A stretch of 53,380 nucleotides of DNA, taken from positions 1 through 53,380 of IMG/VR virus record IMGVR_UViG_3300022074_000059; one strand, given 5' to 3'. The translations under genes and the position numbers were made by a program. Positions 46,739-53,380 of the stretch are shown here, in pieces. The notes under the pieces were generated by a model. The model was not told the DNA's origin, did not search any database, and saw only the letters and a list, made by a program, of their open reading frames with translations. Every line of letters starts with the position of its first letter. Position 1 is the stretch's first letter. This stretch comes from a virus. Lineage: Duplodnaviria > Caudoviricetes.

Positions 46739-47017
46739 ATGGCTGGCTCAGATGTAAAAGCTATTACACGAACTGCAACAGGTGCGTTTTTCGCTGGTCC
46801 TGCTAGGATCAGAGGTGTGTATATAAAAACCAATGCTTCAGGCAACCCTGCTTTTATTATAAAAGATGGTGCTTCGGGTGCGACTGTTTTAGATATCACT
46901 TCAACAACAGGACAAACAGATTCAATCTATGTTCCTGATGAGGGTATTAGATGTTCTAGTAGTCCAACGCTTACTACCCTAACAGCAGTTGATTCAATTA
47001 CGGTGTTTTTGTCGTAA
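46739..47017 (+). CDS. Small virion protein
   Basis: AAGGAG RBS; SDVK, GPARIRG, YVPDEGI. Confidence 0.65.
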   Translation: MAGSDVKAITRTATGAFFAGPARIRGVYIKTNASGNPAFIIKDGASGATVLDITSTTGQTDSIYVPDEGIRCSSSPTLTTLTAVDSITVFLS

Positions 47018-47301
47018 TGCCTAGCGCGAAGGATGTAAAAAGAACTCCTTCTGGTAAATTAAATTACCGAGGAGAAACTTTTCCTGGATTTAATAAGCCA
47101 AAGCGCACCCCTAAAGGTCCTAAAAAGTCAGCAGTGTTGGCTAAAAAAGGTGACCAAGTAAAATTGGTGAGATTTGGGGATCCTAATATGAGTATTAAAA
47201 AAGATATTCCTGCGAGGCGCAAATCTTTTAGGGCTCGTCATAATTGTGCTAGTGCTAAAGATAAATTTAGTGCGCGGTACTGGTCATGTAAGGCGTGGTG
47301 A
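47017..47301 (+). CDS. Highly basic conserved phage protein
   Basis: VRFGDPNM...RRKSFRARH.C...SARYWSC..W. Confidence 0.7.
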   Translation: MPSAKDVKRTPSGKLNYRGETFPGFNKPKRTPKGPKKSAVLAKKGDQVKLVRFGDPNMSIKKDIPARRKSFRARHNCASAKDKFSARYWSCKAW

Positions 47302-47302
47302 G

Positions 47303-47461
47303 ATGAAAGCAGATGATGTTTTAAAGTTGTTGGAAAAGCATGAGGCAGATTGTAGTGAGCGTTATGCCCAAATACAAAAACAACTTGATAAGTTAGATAT
47401 GAGATTGTGGGGTATTGCTATTTTAATTATTGCGGCGGCGGCAATTCCTAGGTTGTTTTAA
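47303..47461 (+). CDS. Small membrane-anchored protein
   Basis: HE..C.ERY coiled coil plus C-terminal TM segment. Confidence 0.6.
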   Translation: MKADDVLKLLEKHEADCSERYAQIQKQLDKLDMRLWGIAILIIAAAAIPRLF

Positions 47462-47667
47462 TGACTATAGCGAGAGGTAACATGGCAAAACAAACAGAAA
47501 AAGCACCTGCAAAAAAGAAAAAGAAAAAAGGTTTGTGGGACAATATAAATGCTCGTAAGAAAAAAGGCATTTCTAGATCTAAGAAAAAATCAACTATTTC
47601 TAAAGAAGCCTACGCTAATATGAAAGCGGGTTTTCCTAAAAAGAAAAAGAAAAAGTCCACGACCTGA
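47461..47667 (+). CDS. Lys-rich small protein, possible DNA-condensing role
   Basis: GLWDNINARKKKG; poly-K. Confidence 0.6.
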   Translation: MTIARGNMAKQTEKAPAKKKKKKGLWDNINARKKKGISRSKKKSTISKEAYANMKAGFPKKKKKKSTT

Positions 47668-48377
47668 TGAGTTATCTTACAAGTAACGTCCCCTACTTTA
47701 AATGTTGGGTGCGCCGAGAATATACATGCAACCATGAAAGACATCATGGTGAATTTTTACATGCAATGGTTATCGCAGTAACTACCATGCCAAATAGATG
47801 TTTGAGTTTCCAAGTTATTTTCACAGGATGTGAAGCAGATATGGAAGATGAACCAAATGTGCATGGCGGTGCGATGTGGGCAAGAATGCCTATAACTGCG
47901 TTAGTTGGCGATACGCCTTTTGATGAATGGGCAGAGCCCATGCCAGTTCATGCGGCACAACCTTGGGATTGTATGTCTCATACTCACTCTGTTTATGTTT
48001 TAAATAGGGCTACTCCTTGCCCTTGGTTAGCTAAAATTGATGGTGAATTTTTCCCTGCTAAGTATTACTTTACCGTAGATTATACAGACAGTGAAATAGC
48101 AGATGACCCCGCTCAGCACAAACAAAGCCATGTGTTAGAACTTTTAGATGCGGGTGAATGGACTGGTAATATAGTGGCTTTGCCTAATAATCGTGTAAGA
48201 GTCACACACCCAGCTTGGTTTGAAACAGGGGAAGGCGCACCTGATTTTAAACCTTCTCAACACACACACTATTCAAAATCTGATTTAGACTATACAATGG
48301 ATGTGAATCAGATATTCGACAATCTTTATGCTGAAGAGGAACAAGAAAATGGCGATGAAGAAAAAGAATTACGCTAA
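47667..48377 (+). CDS. Conserved hypothetical phage protein
   Basis: HGGAMWARMPI.AL, QPWDC, ADDPAQHKQSH, ALPNNRVR. Confidence 0.75.
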   Translation: MSYLTSNVPYFKCWVRREYTCNHERHHGEFLHAMVIAVTTMPNRCLSFQVIFTGCEADMEDEPNVHGGAMWARMPITALVGDTPFDEWAEPMPVHAAQPWDCMSHTHSVYVLNRATPCPWLAKIDGEFFPAKYYFTVDYTDSEIADDPAQHKQSHVLELLDAGEWTGNIVALPNNRVRVTHPAWFETGEGAPDFKPSQHTHYSKSDLDYTMDVNQIFDNLYAEEEQENGDEEKELR

Positions 48378-48525
48378 AGGCGGTCGTGCGATGAAGTCCA
48401 AAGGCGGTGCTATGGGCGGTAAACGCATGATGAAATCCAAAGGTGGCGCAATGGGTGGCAAACGTAAAATGATGTCTAAAGGTGGCGCGGCTGGCGGCAA
48501 AATAATTAGAGGTCCTAACTCATAG
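48349..48525 (+). CDS. Met/Lys/Gly-repeat small protein
   Basis: YAKGG, MKSKGGAMGGKR x2, MMSKGG repeats. Confidence 0.6.
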   Translation: MAMKKKNYAKGGRAMKSKGGAMGGKRMMKSKGGAMGGKRKMMSKGGAAGGKIIRGPNS

Positions 48526-48534
48526 GAGAGTTAA

Positions 48535-49221
48535 ATGGCTGTTTCAGGTTCCAACGATTTTGAGTTAGATGTAGCTGATTATGTTGAAGAGGCTTTTGAG
48601 CGTTGTGGCTTAGAGGTTAGGACAGGCTACGACCTTAGAACAGCCACTCGCTCTTTAAACCTTATGTTAGCAGATTGGGCGAACAGGGGTTTAAATCGTT
48701 GGACTATGGCACAAACTTCCACCAGTTTGACTTCTGGAACTGCTGATTACACGCTTGGCGCAGATACTATCGATATTTTGAGCGCAGTAATACGCACAGG
48801 GACAGGCACTAATCAATCTGATATATCCCTTAGTCGATTAAGCCGTGATGGGTACATCAGTATTACTAATAAAAACACAACAGGTAGACCTACTCAGTTT
48901 TATGTAGATAGACAAATTAACCCAATAGTAAAACTGTGGCCTACTCCTGATAGTGCGGATACATACACATTAGTTTACGATAGATTAGTTCGTATGGATG
49001 ATGCAGATAGTGCTACTAATACGCTAGATGTTCCATTTAGGTTTTACCCTTGTTTAGCCGCAGGGTTGGCTTATTATTTAGCTTTGAAAAAAGCTCCTGA
49101 GCGGATACAAGTTCTTAAAGCTGTTTATGAAGAAGAGTTTGAGAGAGCGGCGGCAGAAGACCGTGATCGCGCTACTTTAAGTTTAACACCTAGCAGGGAT
49201 TATTACACCTTTATCACATGA
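48535..49221 (+). CDS. Head-tail adaptor / tail tubular protein
   Basis: EEAFERCG, RSLNL..ADWANRGLN.W, GRPTQFY, LWPTPD, PFRF.PCL.AGLAYY. Confidence 0.7.
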   Translation: MAVSGSNDFELDVADYVEEAFERCGLEVRTGYDLRTATRSLNLMLADWANRGLNRWTMAQTSTSLTSGTADYTLGADTIDILSAVIRTGTGTNQSDISLSRLSRDGYISITNKNTTGRPTQFYVDRQINPIVKLWPTPDSADTYTLVYDRLVRMDDADSATNTLDVPFRFYPCLAAGLAYYLALKKAPERIQVLKAVYEEEFERAAAEDRDRATLSLTPSRDYYTFIT

Positions 49222-49532
49222 AATATGCAATCGGTAAAAAATCACTTGCAATATGCGATAGGTGCGGTCAGCGTTATCGTTATTTAGAATTACGCAAAGA
49301 ATGGACAGGTTTGAAAACTTGTCGTGATTGTTTTGAACCGAAGCACCCCCAGCTAGACCCAACTCCTCCTCCGTTTGAGCCACAAGGCTTGCATGAGCCT
49401 AGGATAGACGTTAGAGAAGATAACAATCCTTTTGTCGTTTACACAAATGTTGGTTTAGGATTAATTGGAACACAACTAAACAGTTTTGAGTTGACCGCTA
49501 GTGTCGGTACAGTTACGGTGGTTATATCATGA
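49218..49532 (+). CDS. Zn-binding conserved protein
   Basis: AICDRCG.RY....L.KEW.GL..C..CFEPKHPQL. Confidence 0.7.
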   Translation: MKYAIGKKSLAICDRCGQRYRYLELRKEWTGLKTCRDCFEPKHPQLDPTPPPFEPQGLHEPRIDVREDNNPFVVYTNVGLGLIGTQLNSFELTASVGTVTVVIS

Positions 49533-50383
49533 GTTTTACTTATACAGAGTTAAAAAAAGCTATAAAAGATTATACAGAAAATACGGAAGTGTCTTTTGTC
49601 TCTCATCTTTCTGATTTTGTAAAAGCAACGGAACAGCGTATTTTTACGACAGTAGATTTAGAAGTGTTTCGCAAAAACGCTACAGGTGTATTATCCTCTG
49701 GTAATCAATTTTTAGGTATGCCAACAGATTTTTTAGCGGCGTTTAGTGTTAGTATCACAAACAGTTCTAGCAAAGAATTTTTATTGCAAAAAGATGTTAA
49801 TTATTTGCAAGAAGCGTACCCTGATTCTTCTGTTACAGGTGTTCCTAAATATTACGCAGTTTATGATTACCAAAATTTTATTTTAGCTCCTACTCCGAAT
49901 GCAGCGTTTAGCTCAGAACTTCATTATTATTACAGACCAACTAGCCTTACCGAAAGTAAGTTTGAGCTAACGGTAAGCAGTGTGAGTGGTACTTTTCAAG
50001 CTAATGAAACAATCACAGGTGGCACGAGCGGGGCAACAACCACTATATCTTCTATAACTAGCGCGACTGTTTTAGATATTATTATACCAAGCACTGATTT
50101 TACGGTGGGTGAAACAGTGACTGGTGGTACAAGTGGCGCAACAGGAACAGTGGTTTCTGCTAGTGATGACACTACTCTTACTTATTTAAGTGAAAATGCG
50201 CCTAACACTATGCTGTATGGCTGTTTAGTAGAAGCATACACCTTTATGAAAGGTGAAAAAGATATGATGGATTTGTATAATGGTCGTTTTATAGAATCAT
50301 TAGGCAGGGTTAAAGATTTAGCAGAAGCTCGTGAAAATGCTGATGCCTATAGACAAGGATTACCTAGTCGAGCGAGAACATGA
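49529..50383 (+). CDS. Head-tail adaptor-like protein with inserted repeat domain
   Basis: TY.ELK.AI.DY.EN, LLQKD, G.PKYYA, LAPTP, LYG.LVEAY.FMKG; internal F...ET.TGGTSGA duplicated. Confidence 0.65.
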   Translation: MSFTYTELKKAIKDYTENTEVSFVSHLSDFVKATEQRIFTTVDLEVFRKNATGVLSSGNQFLGMPTDFLAAFSVSITNSSSKEFLLQKDVNYLQEAYPDSSVTGVPKYYAVYDYQNFILAPTPNAAFSSELHYYYRPTSLTESKFELTVSSVSGTFQANETITGGTSGATTTISSITSATVLDIIIPSTDFTVGETVTGGTSGATGTVVSASDDTTLTYLSENAPNTMLYGCLVEAYTFMKGEKDMMDLYNGRFIESLGRVKDLAEARENADAYRQGLPSRART

Positions 50384-51057
50384 AAATAGCTATAGTCGGT
50401 CTTGGTGGGAGCTTTTCTGATTATGCTTCTGCTAGAATAGCGTCTCAAGAATTTGACGAAATATGGGGTATAAATTGTATAGGCGGGATTATACACGTTG
50501 ATAAGACGTTTATGATGGATCCTGTTTCCAGGTTTTTAGATACTGAAAATGCAGGAACTCAAACAGGTATAGCTAGGAAATTTTTAAAAGAAAATAAAAA
50601 GCCTATTATAACTTGCCAGTTAGATAAACGAGTTAAACAGTTAGAGTTGTACCCTTTAAAAGAAATAGCAACAGAATTAAAATTCTGTTATTTCAACAAT
50701 ACTGTAGCGTACGCAGTTGCTTATGCAATTTGGTCAAAAGTTAAAACGATATGTTTATATGGTATAGATTTTACTTACAAAAATGTAAATATGGCTGAAT
50801 CAGGTAGGGCATGTGTTGAGTTTTGGTGTGCTATTGCTGTATCAAAAGGTATAAAAATAGAAATAGCTAGTAAATCTGGGTTATTGGATACTAACGTTCC
50901 AGACAATGAAAAATTGTATGGCTATCACAGACTTGATGATCCTCTAGTACAAACAGTGCAAGAAGGGGGGCTTTTGATAGCTAAACAATCTGAATTTGCA
51001 CCTCCGGAGCCCATAGAAAGTGAACCTGTTATTTTTGGGAGGCATGATAATGTTTGA
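50380..51057 (+). CDS. Rossmann-like putative glycosyltransferase (Maf/DUF115/sialyltransferase-like) in the tail module
   Basis: IAIVGLGGS, WGIN, NTVAYAVAYA, I.LYGIDF pattern. Confidence 0.45.
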   Translation: MKIAIVGLGGSFSDYASARIASQEFDEIWGINCIGGIIHVDKTFMMDPVSRFLDTENAGTQTGIARKFLKENKKPIITCQLDKRVKQLELYPLKEIATELKFCYFNNTVAYAVAYAIWSKVKTICLYGIDFTYKNVNMAESGRACVEFWCAIAVSKGIKIEIASKSGLLDTNVPDNEKLYGYHRLDDPLVQTVQEGGLLIAKQSEFAPPEPIESEPVIFGRHDNV

Positions 51058-51334
51058 ATCACTTTCTGTGATAGGCGCAGTTAATATAATCACTTCGGAC
51101 GAAGGTGGTTTATCTAACGACCAAATAGCTGATATGTTAGCTAGTAAACTTATTTACATTTCTGAGGATGCTCCAGAACCTATCCGTTTACAAGCTGAGG
51201 TCTTTAGGGATAAAGTAAGGAATCTAGCGCAATACTATATAGAGTTGGCGAAGAAAGAAGAACGTGCTAGTATTTGCGCCAAGGTTCGTGAAGCTGGTCA
51301 ATTGGAACTAGCTAAAGCTATAGGGAGACTCTAA
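51050..51334 (+). CDS. Conserved hypothetical protein
   Basis: GGAGG RBS; TS..GG, IS..AP..IR.QA..F. Confidence 0.65.
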   Translation: MFESLSVIGAVNIITSDEGGLSNDQIADMLASKLIYISEDAPEPIRLQAEVFRDKVRNLAQYYIELAKKEERASICAKVREAGQLELAKAIGRL

Positions 51335-51786
51335 TGGCTATTGCACAAGCAATGTGTACTTCGTTTAAAACAGAGCTTTTAACAGGTACACACAATTTTG
51401 CGACAAATGGTAATGCTTTTAAATTGGCATTGTATGCAGAGGGTAGCGGGGGCAAATCAAACACCACAGCTACGCTAGGCGCGACAACAACAGCTTTCAC
51501 CACTACAGGTGAAGTTGCTTCTAGTGGCACATATGCTACAGGTGGGGGAACTCTTACAAAAGTAGCCCCTTCAGCTTCTGGTACTACCGCACTTACTGAT
51601 TTTGCTGATTTGAGTTTTACCACTGCTACTATTACAGCAATGGGTGCTTTGATTTATAATGATACAAATAGTAATAAAGCAGTAGCAGTGTTAGATTTCA
51701 CCTCTAACAAAACCTCTACTTCTGGGACGTTTACTATTCAGTTTCCTACAGCAGATGCGAGTAATGCCATTATCCGTATAGCATAA
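51334..51786 (+). CDS. Tail structural protein
   Basis: A.CTSFK.ELL.G.HNF, FK.ALY, GALIYN, VLDF..K....GTFTI.FP.ADASNAIIRIA. Confidence 0.7.
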   Translation: MAIAQAMCTSFKTELLTGTHNFATNGNAFKLALYAEGSGGKSNTTATLGATTTAFTTTGEVASSGTYATGGGTLTKVAPSASGTTALTDFADLSFTTATITAMGALIYNDTNSNKAVAVLDFTSNKTSTSGTFTIQFPTADASNAIIRIA

Positions 51787-51798
51787 TGGAGTAATATT

Positions 51799-52428
51799 GT
51801 GGCTAATATCACGGGTTGGGGCAGAGGAACTTGGAATCAAGGGGCTTGGAACCAAGCAATACCCGTCGTTGTCACAGGAGTAGCTGGCACTAGCGCACTC
51901 GGTGCAGCCCTTGCTATCCCTTCTATAGAAGTAAATGTTACAGGGGTAGCGGCAACAAGCGCGGTTGGCTCAGTAGCTGTTACAGGTACATCTTTACTCG
52001 TGCCAACAGGTGTAGCAGGAACTTCTGCTCTTGGTGAAGAAACAACAAATTGTTCTGCAAATGTCGTTGGTGTTGGCGCGGTAGCCACAGCAAGTCTCGG
52101 TGAAGAAGCAATCACAGGTTCGGCTTTGGTGCTTGCTACAGGAGTAGCGGCTACAAGCGCACTTGGTTCTTTAACGGTTACAGGTACATCTTCTTTTGTT
52201 GTCACAGGAGTAGCGGCCACAAGCGCGGTTGGCTCAGTAAATGCTGTGCCTTCTATAGAAGTTGATGTTTCAGGGGTTGCAGGAACAGTAAATGTTGGTA
52301 TAGTTCAAATATACTCAGCTATCGTTCCTAGCCAGAATCCAAATTGGACAACGGTTACAGTAACGACAACTGCTTGGTCGGAGGGAACTCCTTCTCAGAC
52401 TCCAAATTGGTTAGAGATAGCGGCATAG
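51799..52428 (+). CDS. Tail/fibre-associated repeat protein
   Basis: GWGRGTW, repeated VTGVA.TSA.G units. Confidence 0.65.
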   Translation: MANITGWGRGTWNQGAWNQAIPVVVTGVAGTSALGAALAIPSIEVNVTGVAATSAVGSVAVTGTSLLVPTGVAGTSALGEETTNCSANVVGVGAVATASLGEEAITGSALVLATGVAATSALGSLTVTGTSSFVVTGVAATSAVGSVNAVPSIEVDVSGVAGTVNVGIVQIYSAIVPSQNPNWTTVTVTTTAWSEGTPSQTPNWLEIAA

Positions 52429-52437
52429 GGGCAGTAA

Positions 52438-52950
52438 ATGGCTAGTTCATTCAGTACAAACATAGGCATAGAAAAACCAGCTTCAGGTGAACTCTCTGGT
52501 ACTTGGGGTGATGTAACCAATTTTAATTTCGATATTTTTGATCGAATAACAGGTGCGTCTGATTTAACTGCTTCGGACTTAACTACAGATTTAACGATAC
52601 GAGCTGCAAGCCCTACTTCTGGACAAAGTAATGTCCAGACAGGAATGTTTTCTGTTATCAACCTTAAAGATAGCGGTTCTGATTTAGGTGGCACAAATGT
52701 CGTAACGATTGCGCCGAATACATCCAGTAAGTTTTTTATCATCCAAAACTCTTTAACAGGTGGTAGAAGTGCTACTATCCAACAAGGGTCGGGTGCAACA
52801 GTATCAATACCAAACGGGACATCAGACATTGTTTTTTGTGACGGTGCTGGGTCAGGGGGAGCAGTTACAAGTGTTGCCTCTACTTTTAATTTAGGAAGTA
52901 GTGCTGGAGTAGCTGGCACGGCAACCGCATTAGCCATAGCTTTAGGATAG
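52438..52950 (+). CDS. Tail fibre base-like protein
   Basis: G.E...GE.SGTWG..TN.N, QGSGA.V.I.NG, DGAGSG.AV; ends ALAIALG. Confidence 0.6.
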   Translation: MASSFSTNIGIEKPASGELSGTWGDVTNFNFDIFDRITGASDLTASDLTTDLTIRAASPTSGQSNVQTGMFSVINLKDSGSDLGGTNVVTIAPNTSSKFFIIQNSLTGGRSATIQQGSGATVSIPNGTSDIVFCDGAGSGGAVTSVASTFNLGSSAGVAGTATALAIALG

Positions 52951-52959
52951 GAGTTAATA

Positions 52960-53380
52960 ATGGCAGATTCAGCAAATGTATCTATTTCGGCAACATTGTT
53001 GCCAGATGAGATAGCAACAACTTTATCAGGGAGTCTAACTGTAACTCCGGCAGATGCTAATGATAAATGGTATTACAAATTAACGAGTGTTTCTAACTCT
53101 AGCACCGATTTGATCGCGGGTTATTTTCTTGATTATACAGCGGTAGATGATGATACAGCCCCTACGGCGGTAGCGACAGGCGATAAGGTAAAGTTCTTAT
53201 TTGTTCAAAATCAAAGCACTACAGCAAGTATTTATATGGTGTTTGACGCGGGTACTGCTTCTAGCTCTGCTGGTGATGGAGTTACAGTAGGTCCTTCTGA
53301 AACATTTTTTGCTAGATTGCCTAATGCCACGGTAGCTGATGTTCATGCAATATCTTCTACAGGAACTGTTACTTGTATTG
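52960..53380 (+). CDS. Tail-associated protein, 3'-truncated by window edge
   Basis: AGGAG RBS; MADSANVSISATLLPDEIA...DANDKWYYKLT; frame open to window end. Confidence 0.6.
   Translation, partial: MADSANVSISATLLPDEIATTLSGSLTVTPADANDKWYYKLTSVSNSSTDLIAGYFLDYTAVDDDTAPTAVATGDKVKFLFVQNQSTTASIYMVFDAGTASSSAGDGVTVGPSETFFARLPNATVADVHAISSTGTVTCI

Noticed and set aside
653-52937. Numerous minus-strand ORFs in the track (e.g. 7942..8385, 46235..46681, 52395..52937)
   Set aside because: Antisense shadows of well-supported plus-strand genes, lacking RBS or motifs; only the SNF2 helicase is a credible minus-strand gene
1-53380. Integrase, reverse transcriptase/DGR, tRNA genes, DNA methyltransferase, introns or inteins
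   Set aside because: No recognisable motifs; PolA, TerL and the helicases are of normal length and uninterrupted; tRNAs not seen by eye but tRNAscan was not run

Overview
This window is most of the genome of a tailed dsDNA bacteriophage with podovirus-like architecture. It is AT-rich, and the host is probably a marine proteobacterium (inference). The window starts inside a tail gene and ends inside the tail-gene block. Gene order: tail and internal virion proteins (1-10.9 kb); a divergent SNF2 helicase; a replication operon (SSB-like protein, AEP primase, UvrD helicase, DUF932); a DNA base-modification cluster around a family A DNA polymerase (aGPT-Pplase1/HMUDK_hel protein, GT-B glycosyltransferase, dUMP-hydroxymethylase-type thymidylate synthase homolog, Nmad1-like protein, HxGH nucleotidyltransferase-cupin fusion, HD hydrolase); many small early genes with a repeated sigma70 promoter; TerS, TerL, portal, lysis genes, GroES, scaffold, major capsid and adaptors. 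The strongest candidate for an undescribed system is a context-specific base hypermodification, probably at 5'-TC-3'/5'-GA-3', whose footprint appears in the sequence itself. CCGG, CCNGG and GGNCC sites occur essentially only where a TC/GA step overlaps them. Sites that cannot contain TC/GA (GCWGC, GGSCC) are avoided. A ~690-nt cassette next to the presumed genome end is almost free of TC/GA and sits beside TC/GA-saturated tracts. All motif counts are by eye and need computational confirmation, and product calls come from motif recognition, not database searches.
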